Source of the DNA: Phycisphaerae bacterium
GTDB taxonomy: Bacteria; Planctomycetota; Phycisphaerae; UBA1845; Fen-1342
DNA: 64,000 nt
Direction: 5' to 3'
Assembly (NCBI GenBank): GCA_050115495.1
Contig: JASFQK010000016.1
Coordinates: 1-64,000 of the forward strand
The notes under the pieces were generated by a model. That model was given only the letters and a program-made list of their open reading frames with translations. It had not been told where the DNA came from and ran no database searches. The position numbers and the translations under genes are program-made. Positions 47,575 to 57,561 of the stretch are shown here, piece after piece (position 1 is the first letter of the stretch; each line of letters opens with the position of its first letter).

Positions 47575-47870
47575 GAGCCGTCAGCCGTCAGGTACGGGCC
47601 GTGAGCCGGAGTGTGGCATGCTGAAGCCTCTGGCGCCGGCATGTCTTTTTCTCGCGTCGGGGACTACATGCCGGCGCTGCGCTTCGGCATGCCACACTTC
47701 TGTCGATCATCGGTGGATGCTGGCACTGGTGGGCAAGCCACCGGTGGCACCCGGCGATGTAGCGGCCGACCTCCGTGTCGGACGTCGTTGGGCAACGCGT
47801 GTTTCGATCGGCGGTTGACGGATGGTTGGTTCAGCGCGCTTCGAAGCACACTGCTCAAGAGCAGTGGCAC
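47575..47870. repeat. mosaic cluster of REP-like palindromes (family B inverted pair, plus families C, E, F)
   Basis: 47606-47643 and 47667-47698 inverted; cactggtgggcaagccaccggtggcacc; gtagcggccgacctccgtgtcgg; cactgctcaagagcagtggcac (also at 63704-63726). Confidence 0.75.
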
Positions 47871-47903
47871 ACCGGGAGATCACTCCGGGGGCGGGTTGGG
47901 CGC

Positions 47904-47945
47904 AAAAAAGCGGCCCGCCGGGGATAATGCCGGCGGGCCTTTTTT
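47904..47945. terminator. bidirectional intrinsic terminator
   Basis: A6, GGCCCGCCGG/CCGGCGGGCC stem, T6. Confidence 0.85.
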
Positions 47946-48205
47946 CTGGGGGCTGCCACTACGCAGCCACGTTCGCTGCGCTAGGGCAGCCACCGTTTAT
48001 CACTAGGCACTGGACCACCTCCTTTCGGAAAGGGCAACCTACGGCCTTCGCGGTCCAATAGCGACAGGCCGCTAAGCCCCGTCCGCCGGCCGTCGCCCGC
48101 GGACACAACGCGCGATGAACATCGCATCGCTCGGCCGGGCCTCCGTCACGTCCGCATCCCTCGCCCGTTGTTTGAGAGATGTCGGGGGGCGTACGGTGGC
48201 CCTGC
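47904..48205 (-). ncRNA. candidate ~300-nt structured transcript carrying a 9-codon sORF (MPSDKRWLP, 47981-48010)
   Basis: own promoter and terminator; extended SD GAAAGGAGGTGGTCCAG; hairpins around the SD and the stop codon. Confidence 0.5.
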
Positions 48206-48211
48206 ACTATA

Positions 48212-48240
48212 AGTGTAGCCCGTTCAGCGTGTCCCGGCAA
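48212..48240 (-). promoter_or_regulatory. sigma70 promoter
   Basis: TTGCCG-N17-TACACT with an upstream T-tract on the minus strand. Confidence 0.6.
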
Positions 48241-48334
48241 AAGAAAAGCGCGCCGGTCCCCCAAACGGCGCAATAATTGCTCGTTTCGGTCCTCGAACGT
48301 CCGCTTCAGTTCCGGCAGTCGGCGTCGCCCGCCG

Positions 48335-50245
48335 CTACTGCACGCCGTGCATCATCCGTTTCAGCGGTCGGATCAGCAGCGCCATCAACGCCGCCCCCAC
48401 GCCGCACATCACGACGAACATCAGGAAGTAGTTCGTCGGCGGCATCTGACCCCACCACGCTCCGAATACCTGGGCAAGCTTCTCGGCGATCGCCGTCGCC
48501 AGGAACCACCCACCCATGAAGAGGCCCACGTGCTTGGCCGGCGCCAGCTTCGTTACCAGCGACAGACCCACCGGGGACAGGCAGAGCTCGCCCATCGTCA
48601 GCACCATGAAGAACAGAATCAGCCACCACACGCTCACCCGGAACGTGGCTGAGGTCAGATACACGTAGTCCACCGCAGCCTTGAACGCCGGCTCGGCGGC
48701 CGCCGCCAGGAACTCGGTGCGGGCTCGCTCCTTCACTTCCGACAGGGCGGTCAGCGTCTTCGTCGCCGGATCCCACCGCAACACCGTCTTCCGGTTCTGC
48801 CCCTCGCCTTCCTCGATCTCGAGCACGCCTTCGGTTGCCGGCCCGTCCTCGAGCTGTATCGTCGGCGACTCGTTCGCGAAGGCGTCCTTCTCCGCTGTAC
48901 GCTCTGCGAATGCCTTCACCGCCTCGATGACCTCGGGCGGCGCGGTCTCCGCCAGCAGCCGGAACCGGTCGAGGTCGGTGAGCACGCCGTGCATGGTCAA
49001 CTGGTGCTGCTTCGCGTCGTACCGCAGACGTTTGGCTCCGTAGTACGTGCGCTTCTCCTGCTCTGCGGTGTACACGTGACCGTCGTCATCTACCGCCAGG
49101 CTGTCGGGCAGCGCCGACAGGGCGGCACTGCTCGCCCCGTTTTCCAGGTGCGCCGCCGGCCACATCACGCCGAACGCCACCGCCACCAGCGCCAGCCCCA
49201 TCACCATCTTCGTCGGTGTCGACGGCTGCCGCTTCCGCCGGTCCAGCCAGACCCAGAAGAACGCGGCCACGGGTGCCAGCGTGATGATGAAGAACGGGTT
49301 GAACGATTGCGTTTGCCCCGAGGTCATACTCGGGTTTCGGAACCAGCTTCCGATCGCCGCACCCCACCCACCGGCCGCCTGCGTCGTTGTCGCCTCCGCC
49401 TCGCTCAGCGTCACCGGTGGGGGTGTGGTCGATGCCAGTTGCAGATTCGTGTGCTTATCGGCCCACACCAGCATCGCGTTCGGGCTCTGCTCGAACGCTG
49501 TCCAGAACAGGATAATGAACGCGAAGACTACCAGCAGCACGATGATCCGGTCGCGCACCACGTGTGGCGGGTGCACTTCCGTTGGGTGTGCCTCCTCGTT
49601 CAGCTCGGTGTTGCCCAAGTCCTGGTTGAACTCGACCAGTTTGCGCTGTCCGATGATGTACACGATCAGGCCCGCCACCATGCCCACACCGGCGGCCCCG
49701 AACCCGTAGTGATAGCCGTAGTGCACGCGCAACCAGTCGCAGATGAGCGGACCGATCAGTGCCCCCAGGTTGATCCCCATGTAGAAGATGGTGAACGCCC
49801 CATCCCGCCGCGGATCCCCTGGCTTGTACAGGGCACCCACCTGCGTCGACACGTTCGGCTTCAGCAGCCCCACGCCAGCGATGATGAAGCCGAGCGCCGT
49901 ATAGAAGAACGGCAACGGCTCGAAAGCCATCAGGAAGTGCCCGATGGTCAGCAGGATCGCTCCGACCACCACCGCCCGCTTGGCGCCCAACCAGCGGTCG
50001 GCGACGAAGCCGCCCACCACCGGCAGACCGTATGCCAACGCCGCGTACGTCCCCAGCAGTCCCGAGGCGTCCTCCTGCGACCAGAAGAAGTGGTTGATCA
50101 TGTACAGCATCAACAACGTCTTCATACCGTAGAAGCTGAAACGCTCCCACAACTCTGTGAAGAACAGGACGTAGAGGCCGCGGGGATGACCGAAGATCTC
50201 CCCCGACCGCGTGGGAGCGGCGGGGTTGGCCGGTTGGGTGGACAC
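48335..50245 (-). CDS. POT/PTR family proton-dependent oligopeptide transporter with extra soluble domain
   Basis: ELWERFSFYGM, GLLKPN, FYMGINLG, GELCLSPVGLS; GTG start after AGGGAG. Confidence 0.92.
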   Translation of the reverse strand: MSTQPANPAAPTRSGEIFGHPRGLYVLFFTELWERFSFYGMKTLLMLYMINHFFWSQEDASGLLGTYAALAYGLPVVGGFVADRWLGAKRAVVVGAILLTIGHFLMAFEPLPFFYTALGFIIAGVGLLKPNVSTQVGALYKPGDPRRDGAFTIFYMGINLGALIGPLICDWLRVHYGYHYGFGAAGVGMVAGLIVYIIGQRKLVEFNQDLGNTELNEEAHPTEVHPPHVVRDRIIVLLVVFAFIILFWTAFEQSPNAMLVWADKHTNLQLASTTPPPVTLSEAEATTTQAAGGWGAAIGSWFRNPSMTSGQTQSFNPFFIITLAPVAAFFWVWLDRRKRQPSTPTKMVMGLALVAVAFGVMWPAAHLENGASSAALSALPDSLAVDDDGHVYTAEQEKRTYYGAKRLRYDAKQHQLTMHGVLTDLDRFRLLAETAPPEVIEAVKAFAERTAEKDAFANESPTIQLEDGPATEGVLEIEEGEGQNRKTVLRWDPATKTLTALSEVKERARTEFLAAAAEPAFKAAVDYVYLTSATFRVSVWWLILFFMVLTMGELCLSPVGLSLVTKLAPAKHVGLFMGGWFLATAIAEKLAQVFGAWWGQMPPTNYFLMFVVMCGVGAALMALLIRPLKRMMHGVQ

Positions 50246-50474
50246 GAGTCGATTCTCCCTGGTTCGTACTGTGCCGAACCGGCTCGCGACGAGCCGATCC
50301 TGCCTTGCTGATCCGCTCGGAATCGTGATGTGCGGGCCGGCGGGGCCCGCTTGGTGCGACAGCATACGCGATCGACTGCCCATTGGCCAGCAACCGCGAC
50401 CGGTGCCTCGCTCCCCATTCTGCGGTATAAACGCGGTAGATTTCCTTGGCCCCTGAGCAACCCGGGAGCGATAT

Positions 50475-53144
50475 ATGCCTGCCGCGCAGAAGTCGTCTAT
50501 CTGGAAACAGATCCGTGGGCTGTCCGCCAACTTCTGGTTCGCCAACATCATGGAGATGTTCGAACGCCTGGCCTTCTTCGGCGTCCGGGCGATCGCGCCC
50601 CTGTTCCTGGTGGCCAGCGCGAACGAGAACGGCCTGGGATTGTCGTACAAGGAAAAGGGCGTCATCTACACGGTTTGGGCACTGCTGCAATGCCTGATTC
50701 CCATGGTGTCCGGCGGGTACACGGATCGCTACGGCTATCGCAAGAGCCTCGCCGTCGCCTTCGTGATCAACGTGCTCGGCTACCTGCTCATGGCCCAGTC
50801 GAAGCCCCTGGCCGACAGTTTCGCCGCCAGCGGGTGGGCTGGCGGCGGATTCTGGGTGTTCATGCTGGCGGCCTGTTTTGTGGCGACCGGTACGGCAATT
50901 TTCAAGCCGCCGGTGCAGGGCACCATCGCCCGGGCGACGACGGATGAGACGTCGTCAGTGGGGTGGGGCCTGTTCTACTGGGTGGTGAACATCGGTGGGG
51001 CACTGGCCCCGATGGGAGCGGCGATCCTGCGGGCGGACATCGACTGGCAGCTCGTGTTCTACGCGGCGGCCGCGGTGACCGCGTTCAACTTCATACCGGC
51101 GTTCGTGCTGTACCGGGAACCGGAGCGGGTTCCGCCGGCGGAGGGCGAGGAAGACAAGCCCCGCGGGCCGCTGGACGTGCTCGTCTCGTCGGTGACGAAC
51201 ATCGCCAAGGACGCCCGGTTGTGCATCTTCCTGCTGATCTTCTCCTGCTTCTGGCTGATGTTCATGCAGCTCTGGGACCTGCTGCCGAACTTCATCGACG
51301 AATGGGTGCAGTCACGCGACGTGGCCGGCTTCTTCGGCTGGTTCAGCAGCGGCTGGCTCCTGGCCGACGGGCAGGTCAAACCCGAGATCATCATCAACAT
51401 CGACTCGATCTCGATCATCCTGCTGGTGATCCCGCTGTCCTACCTCATCAGCCGGCTGCACAAGGTGGCGGCGATGATCATCGGCATGGTCATCGCGCTG
51501 TTCGGGTTCGTTGGGGCGGGGGCGACGAGTATCGGCCTGGTGTGCTGCATCATGGTCTTCATCTTCTCCATCGGCGAGATGGCGTGCAGCCCGACGTTCA
51601 GCGCGTACATCGGGCTCATCGCGCCGAAGGACAAGAAAGCCCTGTATATGGGCTACTCGAACATCCCGTTCGCCATCGGCTGGGCGCTGGGCAACCTGGT
51701 CGGCGGCTTCTTCTATGACGATTACGGTGCGAGGGCGACGCTGGCCCTGAAGCACCTGGCCGCTCATGTGGAACTGGTGGATCAGGCGGCGCCGGCGACG
51801 GACTGGAGTGACTCGCTGGAGAAGCTCCCGCCCCTGCTGCGGATCCAGCGCGACCAGGCCTTCGAAATCGTCGCGCGGGAGAACTTCGGCGGTGACACTG
51901 CCGCCGCCGCCAGCTACCTGAGAGACAGCTTCCGCTGGGACCGCGGGCAAGTGGCCAGCTTGGCCCTGGTGCATATGGCGTGCGAGCCGGTCGACCATGA
52001 CGATGTGGCCAAGGGGCTGGTCGAGGCCCTCACGAAGCAGGCCGAGGAGCCCGCGGTGAGTGAATACGTCGTACACCTAGCCACGTTGCTGGGCCCGGCG
52101 ACGAGCGCCCCCGCGACGAGCGCTCCCGCCACGAACGCCTCAGATCCGCTTCCCGCGGTCAGTCAGGCGTTGACGAAGGGCGACTTGAAGCTCGACGCGA
52201 TCGGGCTGGCCCGCGTCGTACAGCTTCTGCCGGGCATCGTCGGGAAGACGCGGGATAGCGCGGTCAGCGACTTGCGGAAAGAGCTCAACGCCGACCGGCC
52301 GGAGGGGCAGGTGCTCGAACAGGCTGATGTCGTCCGCCAGCTCTGGGATGAACTCGGCGACGATCCGGCGGTGCTGGATAACCTGGCCCTCGAATACCTT
52401 GCCCAGGCCAGCGGCGAACTCCAAACGGTCCTGGCCAACCTTCAGTACGAGTCAAAGGACGGGGACATCAAGGGGCGGGTGGAGGAGCTGACCGAACGGC
52501 TGGGGCTCGATCAGGGCAAGGCGTTCTACGCGCTCGGCGTGGCGATGGGGTGCGACGCGGCCGAGGTACAGCGCCGCCTGGACGATGAGGCTCTGGCCAG
52601 CGTACCCGAAGAGGATCGACCGCTGGTCTGGCTCGTTATGCAGCCGAAGTGGCGAGCGGTGGCCACGGCCTCCGCCAAGTGGCAGGATAACCTCGGCCTG
52701 CTGCGAGACCTGATCCAGGACGACCAGACGGCGCGGGAGATCGTGGCGGCGGAGATTGATCGCGAGAGCTGGCTGGCCCGCGCCCTGGCGGGGCTGCGGC
52801 GGCTGACTGGCTCGGCCACGGCCCGGACGCTCGTCGTGGACGGCATCAACTACACGCGTCTGGCGGCCAACCGCGACCTGATCGACAAGGCGCTGACAGC
52901 CAAAGACTGGAGCCAGCGGCCGGACGACGCCGCGCGGTTCCTGCAACTCAGCCGTTTCGAGGCTCGCGCCCTGGTCCGGGCCGACATCGACCGGGCCCGC
53001 CAGACCCTGTGGGACGAGCACCAGCCTTACATGGTTTGGGTGTACCTGGGGTTGTTCGGGCTCGGCGGCACCGTGGGCATGATCATCTTCTACTTTGTGA
53101 TTCGGCGGGGGATAAGCGGAGGAGCGGAAACGACGGCGGCCTGA
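50475..53144 (+). CDS. POT-like MFS transporter with large insertion before the last TM
   Basis: EMFERLAFFG, DRYGYR, AIFKP, FYWVVNIG, IGEMACSP; long hydrophilic helical insert. Confidence 0.85.
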   Translation: MPAAQKSSIWKQIRGLSANFWFANIMEMFERLAFFGVRAIAPLFLVASANENGLGLSYKEKGVIYTVWALLQCLIPMVSGGYTDRYGYRKSLAVAFVINVLGYLLMAQSKPLADSFAASGWAGGGFWVFMLAACFVATGTAIFKPPVQGTIARATTDETSSVGWGLFYWVVNIGGALAPMGAAILRADIDWQLVFYAAAAVTAFNFIPAFVLYREPERVPPAEGEEDKPRGPLDVLVSSVTNIAKDARLCIFLLIFSCFWLMFMQLWDLLPNFIDEWVQSRDVAGFFGWFSSGWLLADGQVKPEIIINIDSISIILLVIPLSYLISRLHKVAAMIIGMVIALFGFVGAGATSIGLVCCIMVFIFSIGEMACSPTFSAYIGLIAPKDKKALYMGYSNIPFAIGWALGNLVGGFFYDDYGARATLALKHLAAHVELVDQAAPATDWSDSLEKLPPLLRIQRDQAFEIVARENFGGDTAAAASYLRDSFRWDRGQVASLALVHMACEPVDHDDVAKGLVEALTKQAEEPAVSEYVVHLATLLGPATSAPATSAPATNASDPLPAVSQALTKGDLKLDAIGLARVVQLLPGIVGKTRDSAVSDLRKELNADRPEGQVLEQADVVRQLWDELGDDPAVLDNLALEYLAQASGELQTVLANLQYESKDGDIKGRVEELTERLGLDQGKAFYALGVAMGCDAAEVQRRLDDEALASVPEEDRPLVWLVMQPKWRAVATASAKWQDNLGLLRDLIQDDQTAREIVAAEIDRESWLARALAGLRRLTGSATARTLVVDGINYTRLAANRDLIDKALTAKDWSQRPDDAARFLQLSRFEARALVRADIDRARQTLWDEHQPYMVWVYLGLFGLGGTVGMIIFYFVIRRGISGGAETTAA

Positions 53145-53245
53145 TTGCGGCCCGCCAGCGGCGATGGACAAACACCCGTCCCCCATCAGGTTGATGGTGG
53201 ACGGGCGCTGTCCTTTGTGGGTTGGGCGTTTGTCGAGAAGCGGCG

Positions 53246-54397
53246 TTACTTGATGCTCAGCAGCTCGACGTCGAAGATCAGCGTGGCCTTGGGCGGGATG
53301 CGCGGCGGTCGGCCGGCTTCGCCGTAGGCAAGGTCGAAGGGGATGATGAGCTTGCGCTTCTCACCGACCTTCATCAGACCGACACCCTCGGTCCAGCCCT
53401 TGATGACCCTGTTGAGCGGGAACGCCGCCGGCTGACCGCGGTCGACCGAACTGTCGAACTTGGTTCCGTCGACGAGCCAGCCGGTGTAGTGCACCTCGAC
53501 GGTGTCGGTGGCCGCGGGCGAAGGGCCGGCACCGTCTTTCAGGATCACGTACATCAGGCCCGAGTCGGTCTTCTCGATCTTCTTGCCCGTCTCTTCTTCG
53601 ATCTTCTTGAGCAAGTCCTGCAACTTCTTCTCCTCTTCGGCCTGGGCCCGGCTCTCGGCCTCACGAGCGGCCTTTTCCTGTTCCTCGAGTACCTGGCGGA
53701 CCGCGTCACGGTCGTATTCACTTACCACTTTCACCGCCGTGATCACGGGTGGTTCGTTGGGGATGGACTTCTCCGGCGGGTGAGCCGGCCGGCTGGCGGC
53801 CAGCGCCGCCTCGTAGCGTTGCTGCTGGCGGGGGTCGGGGTGCGTATCGAGCTGCCGGATGGCGTCGACGACGTCCATGCCTTCGACGACCTTGCCGAAG
53901 ACGGCGTAGGCTGCTCCGCCGCGCGGCATGTCCAGCATGGCGTTGTCCACCACGTTGATGTAGAACTGCGACGTCGCCGAATCGGGCATCGCCGTGCGGG
54001 CCATGGCGATGGAGCCGCGGACGTTCTTCAGGCCGTTCTGCCACTCGTTCTTGATCGGTGGCCGCAGCCCGTCATTTTTCGGCTTGAACTCGGGTGTCAT
54101 GCCGCCGCCCTGGATCATGAAGTTCGGCATCACGCGGTGGAAGATCGTGCCGCCGTAGTAGCCGTCCTCGGCGTAGCGGATGAAGTTGTCGACGCTAACC
54201 GGGGCTTTCTCGGCGTCGAGTTCGACGGTGATGTCACCCAGCGTCGTCCGGATCGTCACGCGCGGGTGCAGGCCCGGGTTGGCCGGCTGGCTGGCGGCGG
54301 CGCCGGTTTCCGGCGGCGGCTCACTATTGGTTTCATTCTGGGCCAGCACTGGCGAAGCCAGCAAGAGCACGACCAGCGACGCGAGCAGACGGTTCAT
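53246..54397 (-). CDS. exported dual-domain peptidyl-prolyl isomerase (cyclophilin + FKBP)
   Basis: [51 protein letters not shown]. Confidence 0.92.
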   Translation of the reverse strand: MNRLLASLVVLLLASPVLAQNETNSEPPPETGAAASQPANPGLHPRVTIRTTLGDITVELDAEKAPVSVDNFIRYAEDGYYGGTIFHRVMPNFMIQGGGMTPEFKPKNDGLRPPIKNEWQNGLKNVRGSIAMARTAMPDSATSQFYINVVDNAMLDMPRGGAAYAVFGKVVEGMDVVDAIRQLDTHPDPRQQQRYEAALAASRPAHPPEKSIPNEPPVITAVKVVSEYDRDAVRQVLEEQEKAAREAESRAQAEEEKKLQDLLKKIEEETGKKIEKTDSGLMYVILKDGAGPSPAATDTVEVHYTGWLVDGTKFDSSVDRGQPAAFPLNRVIKGWTEGVGLMKVGEKRKLIIPFDLAYGEAGRPPRIPPKATLIFDVELLSIK

Positions 54398-54498
54398 AGC
54401 AAGCCTTTCCGTGTGCAGGTGAAATGGCCGCCGGGCCGGGCCTCGATACACGGGCGCCTCCGCCGACGGGCCGGAATCCGGTGAGTCAGCATACCCCA

Positions 54499-55299
54499 TC
54501 AGCCCGAACCGCGAAATGGAGCGTGGCCTCGCCCGGTGCGGGTCAGCCAGAACGGCAGGTAACAGACGCCGAACAGCAACACGCCCAGCACCGCCATTGA
54601 CGCGATCGGCCACGGCCAGGGTCCGAGATGGTCGTACAGCGACGGTCGGCCGGGCGGCCCGCACAGGTACATGTAGTTCGTGCCCAACGCCCAGTCGATC
54701 AGCCCCACCGGAATCGCCGCCAGGCCCGTGATCAACCATGTTCGCCAGACGGCCCCCGGTAGCGGCCGCCAGCGCAGGCCGATGGTCATCACCAGCACCG
54801 TGACGATGATCCCGCCGTGCGTCGCGAAGTAGCGCACGAAGGCGAAGGTGGGGAAGTCATCCTCCAGGTCGGGTGTCAGCAGGGCCTGTGACGTGCCGGC
54901 CAGGCCCCAGAAGTACGCGAGCTCGCACAAGACCTGTTGCAGGCGGCGGGCGCGGCTGAGCACCGTTCCCGCTGGTGGCGGTGGGGTGGGAACGTTCACC
55001 GTCGCCACGATGCACACGAGCAGGGCCAGGTCGCACAGGTGTAGCGGCAGGGCGTCGTCGAGCGCGCCATAGCCGCACAGCGCGGGTGAGACATTCTCGG
55101 TTAGCCAGGCCCACAGCAGCCCGGCCGCGAGGAGGTGACACGTCAACAGGGCGAGCAGCGGGCCGTGGGGCGTGGAGCCCGCACGGCGCAGCAACAGCCC
55201 AAGGGCGAGGCCGATGGCCACAATCGTCAGGAGCGCACCGACGTGGGTGGCGCTGTAGGACACGAACGCGTCGGCGGTGGTGACGGCCGGAGTAAGCAT
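54499..55299 (-). CDS. TIGR02206/YwaF-like integral membrane protein
   Basis: LPLHLCD, YFWG, ALLTPD, NYMYL, LGPWPW. Confidence 0.85.
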   Translation of the reverse strand: MLTPAVTTADAFVSYSATHVGALLTIVAIGLALGLLLRRAGSTPHGPLLALLTCHLLAAGLLWAWLTENVSPALCGYGALDDALPLHLCDLALLVCIVATVNVPTPPPPAGTVLSRARRLQQVLCELAYFWGLAGTSQALLTPDLEDDFPTFAFVRYFATHGGIIVTVLVMTIGLRWRPLPGAVWRTWLITGLAAIPVGLIDWALGTNYMYLCGPPGRPSLYDHLGPWPWPIASMAVLGVLLFGVCYLPFWLTRTGRGHAPFRGSG

Positions 55300-55313
55300 G
55301 ACGAGACGCCGAG

Positions 55314-56120
55314 CTAGCCGAGCTTGGCCATCAGGGCGGCGACGCGAGCCCGATCCACGGGCGCCGTCGAGATCCCCCCTTGCTTGAACGATGTTCCGAT
55401 AATGAAGCCGTCGGCGAGGCCGGCGAACTGCGCGACGTTCGCCGATGTTACGCCGCTGCCGACGAAGACGGGCGTGCCGTCGGCGGCGTCTTTGACTTGG
55501 CGGACATCGTCTGGGGGCGTGGGGCGGCCGGTCGCGCCGCCGGTGACGAACAGGGCGTCGGCGCCGCCACGATGGACGAGGTCGGCAACTTCTTCAGCGA
55601 CGGGGCGGGGCGGGCCCAGCGGGGCGGAGTGCTTGACGTTCACGTCGGCGAAGATGCGGATGGCCTCGGCGCCGAGCCATTTCCGCTCGCGCAGCAGCTC
55701 GTAGGCGATGCCCTCGATGATGCCCTGGTCCGTGACGCGGGCCCCGCACAGGACGTTCACGCGGATGAACGCGGCCCCGACGGCTGCGGCGACGGCCAGC
55801 GCGCTGCGCCCGTCGTTTCGCAGCACGTTGATCCCGAGCGGCAAGTCGAACCGCCGGCGGACCTCGCCGGCGAGCACGGTCATCCAGCTCACGACGTAGC
55901 GGGGCACGCGGCGGGCGGTGAAGGGGGTGTCGCCGAAGTTCTCCATCATCAGGGCGTGCACGCCGCCGGCGACGAGGGCTTCGGCGTCGCGCAGCAGGGC
56001 GTCGCGGAGCGCGGCGGTGTCACCGGCGAAGCCGGGGCTGCCGGGCAGCGGCGGCAAGTGCAGCATGCCGATGACCGGGCGGTCGAAGGCGGACCGGTTC
56101 GGGAAGAGCGGGGCGGACAT
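55314..56120 (-). CDS. BtpA/SgcQ family protein
   Basis: IGMLHLPPLPGSP, ENFGDTPF, GINVLRND, ADVNVKH, VGSGVT. Confidence 0.9.
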   Translation of the reverse strand: MSAPLFPNRSAFDRPVIGMLHLPPLPGSPGFAGDTAALRDALLRDAEALVAGGVHALMMENFGDTPFTARRVPRYVVSWMTVLAGEVRRRFDLPLGINVLRNDGRSALAVAAAVGAAFIRVNVLCGARVTDQGIIEGIAYELLRERKWLGAEAIRIFADVNVKHSAPLGPPRPVAEEVADLVHRGGADALFVTGGATGRPTPPDDVRQVKDAADGTPVFVGSGVTSANVAQFAGLADGFIIGTSFKQGGISTAPVDRARVAALMAKLG

Positions 56121-56294
56121 GGCTGGCAGACTAGCGGCAGGCGGGACGCAAGGGAAGCGGGGGACGTGGGGCGGGCTCGGCCCGTCGATTGCGTTTTGAC
56201 CGAGTGGGCGTCGCATGCGCAGGCGTTGGATCGGCGGGTGGAACCCGCCGCAATGCGGTACGGGCGGCATGATCCGCGGCGTTGCGGGCACGAG

Positions 56295-56334
56295 AAAAGC
56301 CCCGGACGCGGGGGAGAACGCCGTCGTCCGGGGC
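56295..56334 (-). terminator. intrinsic terminator downstream of the TlpA-like gene
   Basis: GCCCCGGACG/CGTCCGGGGC stem followed by TTTT on the minus strand. Confidence 0.6.
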
Positions 56335-56364
56335 CTACTTCATGCTGGCGGCGTGGCCGCCGGC

Positions 56365-57330
56365 TTACTTCAGCTTGTCTTCGTATTCCTTGAGGGTCTT
56401 TTCGAGGGCGGCTTTCATCTCGGGGTTGTCGGCGACGAGCTCGATGGCCTTCTTCTGGAGCTCGATGGCGGCCTGCTTGTCACCCGTGTCCCACAGGGCC
56501 CGGGCGTAGGTGTCGATGATGGCCGGGTGCTTGCTCTCGGTGAGCTCATCCGCCAGCTTGGCCAGTTTGAGGGCGAGCTTGAGATCACGGTAGCGGAAGT
56601 CCTCGTTGGTGAGGATTTCCCAGGAGATGGAGTTGAGCACCATGGAGTCCTTGTCGATGAGCGGGACAAACTGCTCAGCGAGCTCCCGGCACACCTTCTC
56701 GCCATCCGGGCTGCACGCCGCCTCGACGTACTTCTCGAGCAGCGGGAGGGCCTTGGTGCGGTTCTCCTCGCGCTTCTGCTGCTCGGCGTAGTCCTTGCGG
56801 GCCTTGGCCAGGTCCCACTTGTCCGCGAGGACGGCCTCGAGCACGGGGTCCATGCTCATGGGATGGCCGAGCCAGGCGATGCGGCCTTCCTTATCGATGA
56901 TGAACGCCGTGGGGATGCCGCGCTGCTTGAAGGCGACCATGTAGGCGGCGTTGGTCTTGCCCTTCTCATCTTCCTCGTAGGCGACGGCGTAGTCCATGTC
57001 GTCGCCCCGGTCCTTGACGAAGTTCTGCACGACTTCGAGGTTCCTGTCGTCGGAGCTGATGCCGACGATGACCAGGCCGTCCTTCTCGTACTTCTTCTGG
57101 AGCTTGGTGAGGTGGGGGATGCTCGTGCGGCAGGGCCCGCACCAGGTGGCCCAGAACTCGATGACGTAGACGTTCTTACCGCGGCCGTCCTTCATGTCGA
57201 TCGGGCCGCCCTTGACCCACTCCTTGACCTGGAGCGGCGGGGCCGGGTCGCCGATTTCGATGGCCATGGCCAGCGTGGCAGCGCAGAAAACGCACAGGAC
57301 AGCCAGTAGACTGGTCCGGACGCGAAACAT
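56365..57330 (-). CDS. exported TlpA-like thiol-disulfide oxidoreductase with TPR-like C-terminus
   Basis: FWATWCGPC, GIPTAFIID; signal peptide; AAGGAG SD. Confidence 0.9.
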   Translation of the reverse strand: MFRVRTSLLAVLCVFCAATLAMAIEIGDPAPPLQVKEWVKGGPIDMKDGRGKNVYVIEFWATWCGPCRTSIPHLTKLQKKYEKDGLVIVGISSDDRNLEVVQNFVKDRGDDMDYAVAYEEDEKGKTNAAYMVAFKQRGIPTAFIIDKEGRIAWLGHPMSMDPVLEAVLADKWDLAKARKDYAEQQKREENRTKALPLLEKYVEAACSPDGEKVCRELAEQFVPLIDKDSMVLNSISWEILTNEDFRYRDLKLALKLAKLADELTESKHPAIIDTYARALWDTGDKQAAIELQKKAIELVADNPEMKAALEKTLKEYEDKLK

Positions 57331-57561
57331 ACAGACTCCTTTTCAGCGCCAGTGGTCGAAGCGCCCCGTGACGTTAAGGTTTACTGGAATAACCATATCG
57401 TAGCGGGGCCTATTCCCGCAAGCGCTACTGCTCCGGCGCGGGCGGCCGGGCCGGTGAGGCGGCCGAGTTTGGGGGCCGTGCCGTCGGGAAGTCGCCCGGG
57501 CCGGCGAGCGGGCGTATAGTGGTCGCGATGACGGGGGTGAGTTGTCGGTGGAGCATGGTCG

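Noticed and set aside
48010..48026. 16S rRNA gene fragment
   Set aside because: Similarity is limited to 17 nt and the flanks are not rRNA-like; better read as an extended SD on the minus strand.
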